Source of the DNA: Pseudovirgaria hyperparasitica
Lineage: Eukaryota
Assembly (NCBI GenBank): GCA_010093815.1
Contig: ML996588.1
Reading direction: 5' to 3' (one strand)
Length of the DNA: 64,000 nucleotides
The notes beneath the pieces are model-generated. The model saw nothing but the letters and a program-made list of their open reading frames with translations, was not told the origin of the DNA and searched no databases. The position numbers were made by a program, and so were the translations under genes. Numbering within the stretch: the first letter of the stretch is position 1; the number at the start of each line of letters is the position of its first letter. Shown piece by piece: positions 27,103-38,702 of this stretch.

Positions 27103-29496
27103 CTACACCTCCTCCAAATCCCCGCCTTCATCTTCATCTTCAACTTCATCTCCATCATCCTCATCAATTCCAACCACCCCATAATCAGCCTTCGGCGGCC
27201 TCGCAGGCAGGCCCTCGTCGTCCGCTCCATCCAGCATCAACCGCTCCGCGCTATAATCCGGTACGACCACCCAATCATCCTCACCCTCGTCTCCGAAACA
27301 AAAAAGGTCCTTCGCACTCCCGGCGACAAGAACACGGCGCTTATTCGGGGGATCGGGCTCGCAGCCACCAACGTCCTGACGGAAGGACCGCGCGTAGGGA
27401 CTGATGCCGTCCAGGAACTCGCTCGCTGTCAGCTTGGCCCCGGCGAAGGAGAGAATGGGAAGGGCGGAAAGCACGGGGTAGTCTGCGTTGAGAGGAAGGA
27501 TGGAGTGTAGAGGGTGGCTGAGCGGGACGAGGGTGGACTCGGGAGAGGATTGTGGTGGTTTTATGGTCGTCCGGACATCGTCTTCGAGGATATCGCCGTC
27601 TTGGGGGTCTGACACTCGAGCAGGGTCGGTCTTCTTTGCCTCCTCCTTCTTGTCCTCTGCATATTCTTCAGGGGTGTTCGAAAGCTCATCATGCTTTATT
27701 GCCAGGGCTTCGTCGGCTGCGATTCCAGGGTATAGCATGAAATACCCACGTGCCCGCATGAATTCCACCGCGTACCCAAACCAAGCTGGGTATTGCTGCG
27801 AGACCGTCCCATCCAGCCCCTTTTTCCGCTGTTGCTGCGCTGCTATCCTGTAGCCAAGGAATGAATGAAATTCCCGAAACTTGCTGCCGAGAAATAAAGA
27901 CGCACTTTCGCTCGGCGCCTGCCATAAGAATGGGATATTGGGGGTGTGAGCTTCCTTCTTGTACTCGGCATGCATGTCGTCAATCGTCGGGGGTATAAAC
28001 TCTGCAGATCCGTTCAGGTAGGTTTTTGGGAAATCCAGGCTAAATCCAAAGAGATGCTCCGGGGCGTCCGAGCCCAATGAATGCAAATAATTCAATAGTA
28101 CATATCGGGTATAATGATAAAACAAGGGTGATAGTTGTAGCTGCGGCGTGAGGGTTAGAACGTGAGAGGACCCTTGTTCGACTGGGAATGATGACTCGAG
28201 AAATTGTATTGCAGCGCGCTCTGGCGAGATCTTCTCATCCATGATTCGATGTCGCACGATCAACTGACTATTCTCTAGAGCGCTCTCTGATGACGGAGAA
28301 CCAAACGGCCGAGGTGGCCACTTCCATTTCTCTAGGAAAGCGACTGTAGCAGGATCAACCTCTACCGGGAGATCTACGATTAGGCGCGGAGGCTTCATAC
28401 CCGCATAGTCAGCCGTGTTTAGTGATTTCAATAGTCGAAGTAGTGAGCCTGACGAGGCAGGAGTAACATGAACTATGATATCGACCGACGGTTGGTGGAA
28501 AGCTGCCAATGCAGCACCGTCAAGACGCGTGAGCCACATCATTCTTTCCGCACCGCCCTTGGGAATCTCGATAATGGTCGTGGAAATCTCTTTGGCTTTT
28601 GTTCGTGTACCTCTTGCAAATGTAGGATCTTCAGCCTTCAGGTCATCAGTAATGACGACCTTGGGCCGTATGAACTGATCGATGTGCCCGAGAGCCACAG
28701 CGGCAGCAGACTCGGCACGTGTGTCTGAGCTATATAGCGCATAGTCAGGTCGCGCATCGTGCCAGAAGACCTCACACGAACTCTGGTCCACGCCGTTGAG
28801 GGTCAATATATGATCCAGAGACACATCATCTCGGCCATTCATGGCGAAATGAACATAACTTTTACCCATCCTTGCCATTTCACATGCCATTGGAATGAGC
28901 GCCGACATGCTCTTCAAGTTTGCCGCTGAAAACAGTACAGTATCCATACCTAACCGGAATTCAGCCTTGTCCGCAACAGCGCGTAGACTTTTGGCTAGTC
29001 GAAAGAACCTGATCCGTCCATTGTAGGTATGATCCACAGCTCCGGTATCTTTACCAAGGTCGTATAACTCCTTGGACGGAGGGCCCGTTGGCTCTATCGC
29101 TTCATCAACCTTCTGTGACTCTGTTGCAGGAGAGTTATGAGGCATCGTAGGAGAGTCATGAGGCGGATCGTTAGTCACCTCCTCTGAAATGGAGTCTTCG
29201 GGTGTGGTCTCCGACAAGTCAGGCGTGGTCTCCGACAAGTCAGGCGTGAAACTAGAGAAGACGAAGAACAATAGGCCTAATACGAATATGACGGCAACGA
29301 TTCTCTTCTTTCGGTATCTCAGCCTTGCGAGCCAGCTTGAGCCACCCGCGGCAGGCTTCCATGGCTTGTGGCTGTCGTCCTTGACTCCCAGCTCTTCGTC
29401 ACGCCAGGCTCTGGCACCTCCGAGACCCAATGTTGCGCTCGCGGTGGCGCCATCGCCTTCCCTGGTGAACGTCCTGTGGCGTCCGCGTCCTAACAT
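27103..29496 (-). CDS. Type II membrane glycosyltransferase-2-like fungal protein
   Basis: About 800-aa intronless ORF from ATG 29496; DEELGVKDD, N-terminal TM, LIPMACEMA, WHDARPDY, SLLRLLKSL..ADY, LSPLFYHY, PFLWQAP. Confidence 0.75.
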   Translation of the reverse strand: MLGRGRHRTFTREGDGATASATLGLGGARAWRDEELGVKDDSHKPWKPAAGGSSWLARLRYRKKRIVAVIFVLGLLFFVFSSFTPDLSETTPDLSETTPEDSISEEVTNDPPHDSPTMPHNSPATESQKVDEAIEPTGPPSKELYDLGKDTGAVDHTYNGRIRFFRLAKSLRAVADKAEFRLGMDTVLFSAANLKSMSALIPMACEMARMGKSYVHFAMNGRDDVSLDHILTLNGVDQSSCEVFWHDARPDYALYSSDTRAESAAAVALGHIDQFIRPKVVITDDLKAEDPTFARGTRTKAKEISTTIIEIPKGGAERMMWLTRLDGAALAAFHQPSVDIIVHVTPASSGSLLRLLKSLNTADYAGMKPPRLIVDLPVEVDPATVAFLEKWKWPPRPFGSPSSESALENSQLIVRHRIMDEKISPERAAIQFLESSFPVEQGSSHVLTLTPQLQLSPLFYHYTRYVLLNYLHSLGSDAPEHLFGFSLDFPKTYLNGSAEFIPPTIDDMHAEYKKEAHTPNIPFLWQAPSESASLFLGSKFREFHSFLGYRIAAQQQRKKGLDGTVSQQYPAWFGYAVEFMRARGYFMLYPGIAADEALAIKHDELSNTPEEYAEDKKEEAKKTDPARVSDPQDGDILEDDVRTTIKPPQSSPESTLVPLSHPLHSILPLNADYPVLSALPILSFAGAKLTASEFLDGISPYARSFRQDVGGCEPDPPNKRRVLVAGSAKDLFCFGDEGEDDWVVVPDYSAERLMLDGADDEGLPARPPKADYGVVGIDEDDGDEVEDEDEGGDLEEV
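29201..29248. repeat. 21-bp in-frame tandem duplication (TPDLSET x2)
   Basis: ggtgtggtctccgacaagtca / ggcgtggtctccgacaagtca / ggcgtg in the stem region of the GT2-like protein. Confidence 0.9.
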
Positions 29497-31211
29497 ACCC
29501 GGACTATCATCGTGGTTGCAAGTTTCTGACACGAGAGGTGTGCGGTAATCGGGGTTGTACGGGGTTGGGGTGGGTCAAGAGAGCATGTCTCGGCGCGGCG
29601 TTGGCAATGCGACTGAAGGAAGCTTTGTATATTTCCTGGTAGGTGCTACAGCTGTACAAGGCGCTGTAGATGCGGTATAACAGACGTATGCAATGGTCAG
29701 GCAGTATCACACGTGTAACAAGCTCTGCTCTTCGTGTCCTCCGCAGCTCTGTTGGCTTACCGTCTTCTCCGACGTTCAGCCGCTACAAATGAATTGCTTG
29801 GCCAACTTTTGCTCCATCCATTCAGCTTCTGACTGTGACATGCATATTCTTGTATCATTCTTCGCCTTCGGCTCGATATCATGATCCCGTCTTTGTCAAC
29901 GATGTCTTCCTTCGACTCAGCATTTTCTACAATCACGTTTCGTAGCTCTAGCCCTGCATAACACAACCCTCGGAGCTGGAATGCCAGCTAATGAGAGGAC
30001 TAGTAAACCATTCACGATTATGAATAGCGTATGTTTACCTTGAAGTTGATTGCTGTACTCGTCGTCAGAAATGAATTCACTAGTGCAATCAACGCGCCGA
30101 GACTCAAACCTGGATCAGAATATGATACCAGACTTCGTACTATGCGCTAGTTCTGGATAGTCATCTAGCCTGGTATCTGATCTGGCAAGCAGGTACGCTT
30201 CAGGGTACTGTTGCTCTTGCTTAGGCCCCTGAAAGGCTTGACACGCGCGAAGCGTGTTGTTCGCTACAAGTGTGCGATTGAACAAGCTATGAATTGTGGT
30301 GTTCCAGGTGATAGTCCGAAATTGGAACGGGATTTCCTTCAGCCCCTCTCCGTCTTGAGGAAGTCTTGGACCCACTCCATACCAACCCAGTCCTGATCGA
30401 TTCCTCTGAATGATAATACGGGTCAGTATGACTTATTGTTACGTTCTGGCTGAGCCCAAGCACACACTGGGCTCTGTGACGTCGATATATACCATAAACT
30501 CATGTCATGCCAAAAAGTGATGGTGTTTGTGTATCTAGCTGACGGACTAAGTTGGATCATGTTTCAATCAAACAAATCATTCATTTCAAACGATAGCTTG
30601 TTACCAGTGACAAAAACTGATCAGGAGCAAGACTGGGTGCAAAGGTAATTATGCTGATGACTGAAGCGAACAGCTCAACATTGGAAGCTAAAGAGCCCAT
30701 TTCCCTAGACGGGAATATTTTAGCCTCGTTGTCGATCTCCCGCATCAACAAAGAAGCAAGAGTCAAATGCAGAGTCCAAGATATAGCCCGTGTATACGGA
30801 TCTTGCCTGTTCTTCCTATATATCTCTCGTCGCTGCTGCAATACTGATGACGATAGTGACTGAGGCAAAGCTTTGCCCTTTGTTGGCTAGGTTACCCTCT
30901 ATCTAGAAACTGTGGGACTGGTAAGTTGAGCACACTGTTACATAAACAACAAAGAACAGCCCAGATGAGTACTCATGATTGATATGTCCAACAGTTGCAT
31001 TATTTACACTGAATATATTAGGTTATGGGCAGCCTCACCGACATCCATTGATACTACCAAGTTCAAGTACATACCAGGTAGACGCTCTGCGTACGTCATT
31101 TTCTTGGCACTACCGACTACTGACCTAGCTCAGAAATGGTTTCAAGAGCCACGAGTTCCAGGCCGGAACTTCTTGCATCCCCGTAGGCGTTCCGTGATTC
31201 CTTGTTCAATC

Positions 31212-31743
31212 ATGATGGAATTTCCAGCAACAACTGACAAAGTTCTCCGGATGAGTTATCGTATTGCAAGAGGAGAGCAAGGCGTTCTGACATTTGAACC
31301 TTATAAATCTGCTATTCTGCCATTGTGGCGCTTCAAGACTCCTGCGATAGCCCGGAAGAGTTCTGCTGACCTTTGGGAGCGGTTCGAAGAATATGGAAGA
31401 CACAATGATTTCGTTGGGATGGATATGAGCCGGAAATTCATTCAGATGGTAGTCGTGGAATATGAACATCAAGTCCTAAGACTGACGTAGCTCACAGGGC
31501 ATGACAAGAGCCAAGCGATATGCGAATCATGCGGGAGGACGGAAGTATGACAAGACCTCTGGCAAGGAGCTAGAGAAATCCTCTTCCCACGCAGGCGCCA
31601 AAGATAAGCTCGAAGCGTCCAATATCTTTAGAGAGTACTGGGAGAAGTGCAAGGCGCATGAGCACTATGCTACCCTAAAGCAGGATTTTCAAGAAGAGCA
31701 GAAGCAGTGGGACAAGACGAAACGCCACGAAGAAGACGGCTGA
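31212..31743 (+). CDS. DUF4385 family protein
   Basis: YRIARGEQGVLTFEPYKS..LWRFKTP..DFVGMDMSRKFIQM, intron 31449-31497, GMTRAKRYANHAGGRKY. Confidence 0.85.
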
Positions 31744-31813
31744 GCGTCTGGCTTCAAGCAACGCCAGGTACCGGTGTCCTCCACCTTGGCTATATTCAGA
31801 CGTAGGGTGTCGC

Positions 31814-32338
31814 CTAGGAATGCATCTTATTCGGTCAGTTGCGATCACGACATAGGCCAAAATCACGTACAGCTGTGGAGAAAGCAATCCACTCTTTCAG
31901 GCCTTTAAAGTATGCGTCTTCGGTCTCGGATGGCGCAGAGTCGTGGCCCCATACCGTTACGCTGTCGAAAGCTGCAAGCTCTTCTGCTATCTTGATATCT
32001 TCCGGTATCTCCTCTTCATCGCTGTCCGGAGCGCTGTCCGCTGGTGGAGGATGCAACCTCTTCTCTGTGATCTGCAGAACGCTGCCACGGAAGCCCTCAG
32101 GAAGAGCCACGTCGGTACCACGAAGTTCGCGACCCCGAAAATATGCGCTCTTAGAGCCGTCTTCGAATAATATCAGTATATAGAGCCTGCTTTGGCCGGT
32201 GAGATGCTCACCATGCGTCTCCACTGGCTTCCAATATCTTTGCTTCGCCTCGATTGGCCCGTCGTACTTGATCTGGCAAGGTAGCACGTTGGCTGAGCAT
32301 TTTTCGGGCTTCTGGCTGGAAGGTTTTATTGCCAACAT
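31814..32338 (-). CDS. RNH203: Ribonuclease H2 non-catalytic subunit C (Rnh203/Ylr154p-like)
   Basis: ANVLPCQIKYDGP, AYFRGRELRG, FDSVTVWGHD, EWIAFSTA-MHS*; two introns. Confidence 0.88.
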
Positions 32339-32405
32339 GCTCGTTACCGGGAAGTTGAGAGATAGTTGTAAGCTATATTGCGCCAGGCTCGCGAGATCTG
32401 AGGTA

Positions 32406-32420
32406 GACGCGTCGCGCGTC
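32406..32420. promoter_or_regulatory. Tandem MCB (MluI) cell-cycle boxes upstream of RNase H2C
   Basis: gACGCGTCGCGCGTc about 70 bp upstream of ATG 32338. Confidence 0.55.
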
Positions 32421-33374
32421 AAGGCGCAGGAGATGACATAAGATAAGATAAGATATCCTCGGGAAAAGCTCGGGTAGAACTTGGACCTTTCCAAACCCGT
32501 CAAGCCATAAACTGCAAGAAAATTTCCTCAACGCAGCATTAAAAAAACAAGCATCGTTCTACGAATTTATCCCTCATGGGTCATTATGTACGCGATCAAC
32601 GCTTCTGCGAAGCTGCAAAACGGCAGAGTAAAAGTAGCACCTCAATCTTGACAGACAGCGGATACCAATTTCCACCCGAAGTTCAGCGATGCCCCGCTTT
32701 CAGAAAAGAATGATCCGGTCTGGATCCTCCCAAATTAGACTGAAGCGGAGTCTTTTGTATAGACGACAACGACCAACCACTATCGTTATAGGCGCAGCCA
32801 TAGTGTGCTAATGTGCTGGTACACAACCGCATTGCCTTCTGTCTCGACATAATACGCTCCTCTTGTCCTCGCATTGACGTGAGGCACAGACAGAGAGAGC
32901 TGACCAATTTCATCAGTGACTCCTTTTCCCACGCACTCCAGAACCCTGTACTATGTACATTTTCAATGATGTCAGCGTCATTGAACAGCCATAAGCGGCA
33001 AAGCGTGCGGTTTGCGGGCTCGGACGACTCCATCGAAAAGCGGCATTGCTCCAACACAACTGTTGGAATACAGCCAGTCCTGAGTTGATGAAGGGCAAAC
33101 GCAAGGACTTGATGCAGGTAGTGGTGAGGTTCAGAGGTACCGACAATCGGCATCATCTTCCGGCTGCGGCGCATCCGAATGTACTAGCGGTGCCCACCAA
33201 TTGACACACTGCCTACGTATCTACAGCAGTATTAGCTACTCCTACAATTTCACCCATCCACTTTGCGTCATATCAGTCTTTCTGGCTCCTCTTCCCCAAC
33301 TTCACGATTGCACCTTGTACCTTCGCTGCTTTGCCCATTCTTTCGTTATATCTCCTAGGTCATAATCACGTGCA

Positions 33375-34882
33375 ATGGCTGTGTTTACGCCTTTGTTAGA
33401 AGGTCTCAATGCTATCAAGGGCCGCGCGGGCTCGCTAACATGGGGTCCGTTTGTGCATCTGGCGCGCTCTGCTGTATTGTCGATTCTGCAGCGCATTGAG
33501 ATTGGCCATCTCGAGATAACAGAATCAAATGGAGTAAAGACTGTCTGTGGCAACCTGCTGGTCAAGCATGCCTCTCCAACTGTCACTCTTCAGGTCCATA
33601 ACGAAATGTTTTGGATTCGCGTCTTGCTATTCGCAGACATGGTATGTGGAGAAAACTCCGGTCGCATGAAGCTTGTGCGCTGATCCTCACAGGGCTTTGC
33701 CGAGAGTTACATGTTGGAAGAAATCTCATGTATAGACCTGACATCCTTCTTTAAGGTAAACATTCTTGTTATGATGCCCACGCCTCACTCACGTGTTAGT
33801 AGCTTTTTATCCTTAATCGCACACATCTGTCTAATGGCTCGACCATCACTTCGAACATCAGTGGATCAATCAGTGGACTGGTTCGCAAGACAAACACCCT
33901 AACAAATGCTCGACTTCATATTTCAGCTCATTATGATATTAGCAATGACATGTTCGCAGCTTTCTTATCACCAGATATGACATATTCTTGTCCGATATGG
34001 CTTCCCAAGTCATCGCCATTGTCTGCTACAGAGTCCCTGGAAGAAGCGCAGATGAGAAAACTGCATCACTTTATTGAGTCCGCTCACTTGAAGGAGTCGG
34101 ACCATGTGCTAGAGATCGGCACAGGGTGGGGTAGTCTCGCGATCGAGGCTGTCAGAGCGACTGGTTGTCGTATTACCAGTCTTACTCTGAGCAAAGAGCA
34201 GAAGGAACTAGCGGAAGAGCGAATTGCTCAAGCTGGCTTTCAAGACAAGATCGACGTGCTCTTATGTGACTATCGTGATGTGCAACCTCCAGCCAAAGGG
34301 GCATTTGACAAAGTCGTCAGTATAGAAATGCTCGAGGCCGTTGGGAAGGAATTTCTTGAGACGTACTTCAGCTGTGTCAATCGGTTGTTGAAGAAAGAAG
34401 GTGGCATTGGTGTCTTCCAATGCATAACAATGCCAGAAACGGTAAGTTTAGGCAATCTGTTCCTCGAAGTACACTAATCTTTCCAGCGCTACGACGCGTA
34501 CGCCTCGTCTGACGACTTCATTCGACGCTATATCTTCCCAGGAGGCCATTTACCAACAGTTTCCCAACTCGTTAATGCCATCAACACTGGCTCGAACAAA
34601 ACCCTGATCGTAGACGACGTTCTCAACATTGGGCCCCACTACGCGAAAACACTACGACTGTGGCGAGAAGCATTTCTGGATAACTTCGATGCCGATATAC
34701 GACCGGCTTTACTGCGACAACACGACGGTATGACAAAACAGGAAATCGAGACCTTCCGCAGAAAGTGGGAATACTATTTTACCTATTGTGAAGCTGGATT
34801 CTGGACCAAAACGCTTGGAGACGTAATTATCACCGTCGGTAGAGAAGGAACTATGGAGATGGCTGAAGATGTGCCCATGTAA
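33375..34882 (+). CDS. Cyclopropane-fatty-acyl-phospholipid synthase family SAM methyltransferase
   Basis: DMGFAESYM, HISAHYDISNDMF, MTYSC, VLEIGTGWG, VSIEMLEAVG, YIFPGG, HYAKTLRLW, WEYYFTYCEAGF; three introns. Confidence 0.92.
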
Positions 34883-37302
34883 TCAGAAGGTGACGTCTTA
34901 GGGCACTTCAATGCGATCTCGGGTTGCGTTTATGGTTGAGTCGATTAGCGGGCGCTACATAATCCTTTCAATATACTGATTCGTCTTACATTAGATGAGG
35001 AAATGCCGGAACTACCTATCTGGATTTGTTTGAACACGTAACAAGGCGTATTACATGAAGCCCAACAGCCGGTCGGCAGAGATCAGTGTCTATAGGTCCT
35101 GGCCGTTCGAACATACCACGCGAGCACGCCCAGGCGAGCATATCAAGAACGCCACACCGAATTGTACCCCAGCCCGTTGGCCTTATTTACAATCCTATCA
35201 TCTTGCATTTCCCCCTTGAAGACTATTAAGCAGCTGATTGCTGGTGGTAGATGCACTGCGCTTCGTCTATAACCACCTAAACTTTTAAAAGACTTGAAAA
35301 GACGGGGAAATGGCGGAACATAGCCCTTATGTTCACCCCGACGATTGAACTTCTAGTTACACCTAGCCAAATATCAAGTCAACATGCACGTCATCCATTC
35401 ATGTTGATGCTATCTATGTAGCAATCATTAAATGATAAACCTTTATCAAGCAACTGCCGAAATAAGGAAAATGCAATGCATTTTAGCCTAACTAGGTAGC
35501 TGTAACCAGATATCGACATATACAATCCGAACCCTAATCCACGCATTAAAATAACTACGAAGACGGTATAATCTTAATCTAATTAGTTTGATTAATTATA
35601 TTAGATTTACTAAACTAGAGTATATATCCAAGTATAGCTAGGGGACTTACAAGCCGATGGCACCTTATGTGGCGCTCTAAGCCCCCTTGCTTTCAGGCGT
35701 GTAGTCTGATCGCCCCTTGCTATTTTGAAAACGGACAAAGTTATCTCTACAGAAGGTCTGGAGTGCAGTCCCCTGCCAGAGCATCCCACAGAGGCCGGAA
35801 GCACTTTTCAGCTGAACGAAGCCAGCTTCCTCTGATTTAGCACCATGCTTCACCGTAGGAAAGTCTCCTAGCACTATGAGACTACCTTTCATCATACTTA
35901 TCTCTCCTTGGTTATATAGCTCCTTACAGCACGTGAAATCGCCCTACATTTATCATTCATCCTGCCTTCGCACAATTTCCATGTGATGTCTCCTAAACAG
36001 TCCTTACCCACACCAGCCATCTGCAGACAGACCGAAGAAATTCGGCATGCCAGCGACGCTGGTGCAAATACTTGGTTTCTGCATCTATCCCTCGAGTTAC
36101 GATAGATGGTTTACCAATCTGCGTTCAAGCAATTACCCTCATGTCTCAATCTAATCATGAGAAGCAACCGAAACCGCGAATCGACTGTACGGTCTCAGGG
36201 GCGCCAGGCCGTCTTATGGCAAAGGGGACTTGGACCTGCAAGCAAATTTATGTCCTTCGGCAAGCAGGTAGATGGGGATATCTGTCCACGCATCTACGGT
36301 CGACCCATGAATATATGCATCTACCATGCATCAACTCAACAATTCGTCGAGCAGATAGGCTCCCATGCTCAATTCTTACGACAGTTCAAAGTTGACCTCG
36401 CTGAGAATAGCGCTCCACTACACAAACCACGCACTCCAACCTTCTTAACCCTTCCTTGCGATGTCGCTCTCAAGTGCGTAACAATATACATCGGCTCTGC
36501 GAACCTGAGCTCGAAGTTGGGCTATGATTACACAGATCACAAGAGTTTTCGGTCAGAGTCGGCAAAAGTTTGGCTCCATCTTGCAGGTCACTGGATGGTT
36601 GAATACGGGTGACAGCAGGACGATAGTCTGGCGAGTCTCAAGATATTCCCCTTTCTCCATCGTCACAGCTGCGATGAACCAGCAACAGCTAAGAGTATCA
36701 TATTGACCAGGTTTACGAGAGCCTTGGGGGTCTATCTGGAGGAGAACGTATAGCTTCCAGGCGAATGTCTGGTGCTCGATGTCATAAAGATGGACGAAGA
36801 GATGTGCTATCGTAGAACCTTCCGCTGTAGAATGAATACTATGTATCTATACGCTACAATTAGAAGAAGCTTCGCAAAAGTCCTTCTCCAGCGCGTTAGC
36901 AAAACATGGAGAGACACTTCGACTGCCCCATGGGTTCAGCGGTCTGCTGCTCACCCTTTGGAACCAAAAGATTGTGGTTAAATTACCGATATGACATATA
37001 TGTGTGGCATATGAATGCTACGTACGGCAGATACCCCGAGTTCTATCATCAATTTAGGATAGCCATATTTCTTAAGTCATGACAAAGTATGTGAAGCAAG
37101 GAGGGCAATGTAAAATAGAAATTGGCATTCTCTCTTGTATCTAACTTCCTAAACTTCCAGGAAAAAGCCTAGACGAGGGCCTGGATAGCATATACGCCCT
37201 GAGGCACGATAGTGGTTATCTTTCGAGGTCAACTATAGGATTAGTAAAATAGCGGAGATGCATCGAGCTTCCTCGAATGACTTACTGTGAGCCAAAATTG
37301 TA

Positions 37303-37485
37303 CTAGCATTTCGAACAAATACCACCGTGGACAATGCTGGTCCCAAATGAATGATTGTCGATAAATCCCCGGCACTCAGAGGTGCCAGCATTTTTGCAAG
37401 GGACGATGACCGTTAACTCAATAAAGTGTTTTGGATTGTTCGTACAGTTTAAGAATTTGCGTTTATGAAATTGACGCTCGCACAT
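37303..37485 (-). CDS. Small Cys/His-rich putative metal-binding protein (~60 aa)
   Basis: MCERQFHKRKFLNCTNNPKH..PC..EC..ICSKC*: six Cys plus His in an MC..C..H..C..C..CxxC pattern seen in small fungal proteins. Confidence 0.45.
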   Translation of the reverse strand: MCERQFHKRKFLNCTNNPKHFIELTVIVPCKNAGTSECRGFIDNHSFGTSIVHGGICSKC

Positions 37486-37586
37486 GTTGCAGATGCCAGG
37501 TATGATTTGTTTAAAAATTGCTTTAATACTTTCGCTCGGGGTACTAGACATTTCAGCTTCATATAGGGCTCGTATGTGAACAGGGG

Positions 37587-37639
37587 TAGGCAGGCAGCAG
37601 TGACATGACTAGACAGGCAGCAGTGACATGACTAGGCAG
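37587..37639. repeat. 23-bp tandem duplication
   Basis: taggcaggcagcagtgacatgac / tagacaggcagcagtgacatgac / taggcag, between the Cys-rich ORF and the kinase. Confidence 0.9.
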
Positions 37640-37835
37640 AAGCCGAATAGTGTAATAATAAGCGCTGCCAAGGTTGGCTTTAGCTCAACACATCCGTGCA
37701 TTCGGGGCGGAGCGCTATTTTTCCGACACAACAGCCCCTACTGTCATAATCCATGTGCGAGCGAAAGTTGTGCCTCAACGAAAGGTCACCCTACTCAAAG
37801 AGCTGGCCAACAATCCGGAAAACCTGAAGCTTACA

Positions 37836-38702
37836 ATGGATCCTTACGAGTTCTGGCCCTGGTATCCAGAGGGTGTCAGTCGTATAATTGCAGCTGGTGC
37901 CAGTAATTATATCGCAATCGTGGACGAAAGCACCGTTCTTAAATTTCCTATCGTGCCTCCCCAGGAAGAAGACGTCTACACGATCGGTGGCCTTAACTAT
38001 CGAAGACAGCTTCGAGAGGCAGCGGTCAAGGGCCTAGAAGTTGAAGAGCGGATACTACAGCACCTTGGGCCACATCCTAGAGTAATTCGCCTCATACAGA
38101 GACACAGGGATGGTCTCCTTCTCGAAAATATGGCAAATGGATCTGTACAGAAGTACCTCCAAGAGAATGATTCCAAAACATCACTGTACCAGAAATTGGA
38201 GTGGGCATGGCAGGCTGCGGAGGGTCTTGCTTATATTCATGAGAGAAATGTTTTACATTGCGACTTCAGCATCGGAAACCTTCTTCTTGACAGTAACCTA
38301 ATGGTTAAGCTTTGCGACTTCCAAGGAAAGCTTCTAGATAGTGATGGCTCGATTATCCTCGATGGAGGAGCCGCTGTAAACACTATATCATCAATGCCTC
38401 GCCCAGACTATAATATCTGCAACCAAAAGTCGGACATATTCGCATTAGGGACGGCTATATATATTATGATTACCGGTCAGTCACCCTTTCCGGGACTAGA
38501 TCCTATAGATGATGAGCACGAGATCCAAAGACGATTTAGAGAGAGCGACTTTCCTCCTTTAAAGACTCTTTATGTAGGAGACATCGTACGAAAATGCTGG
38601 ATGCAACAATATGCACAAGCTACTGAGATTATGGACGATATACGTCGGTTACAGGGCTACGAGGCTGAGAGGTTGGAGAATCGTGAAACTCGTTCAAAGT
38701 AA
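37836..38702 (+). CDS. Atypical intronless protein kinase-like protein
   Basis: ATG 37836; AAGASNYI (Gly loop), VLKFP, VEERIL, HPRVI, VLHCDFSIGNLLL, LCDFQG, SDIFALG. Confidence 0.88.
   Translation: MDPYEFWPWYPEGVSRIIAAGASNYIAIVDESTVLKFPIVPPQEEDVYTIGGLNYRRQLREAAVKGLEVEERILQHLGPHPRVIRLIQRHRDGLLLENMANGSVQKYLQENDSKTSLYQKLEWAWQAAEGLAYIHERNVLHCDFSIGNLLLDSNLMVKLCDFQGKLLDSDGSIILDGGAAVNTISSMPRPDYNICNQKSDIFALGTAIYIMITGQSPFPGLDPIDDEHEIQRRFRESDFPPLKTLYVGDIVRKCWMQQYAQATEIMDDIRRLQGYEAERLENRETRSK

Noticed and set aside
32683..33174. 163-aa minus-strand ORF upstream of RNase H2C
   Set aside because: No domain features; lies in the divergent intergenic region and is probably spurious.
33375..34882. Sphingolipid C9-methyltransferase as an alternative call
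   Set aside because: Lacks N-terminal TM helices and has HYDISN rather than HYDRG; fits the CFA-synthase-like clade better.
35560..35650. Short AT/TpA-rich patch
   Set aside because: Could be a RIPped fragment, but it is too short and has no terminal repeats or coding relic.
36046..36981. Several medium ORFs (e.g. 36106-36612) between the CFA synthase and the kinase
   Set aside because: No recognisable motif or consistent splice structure; may be a relic but cannot be supported.
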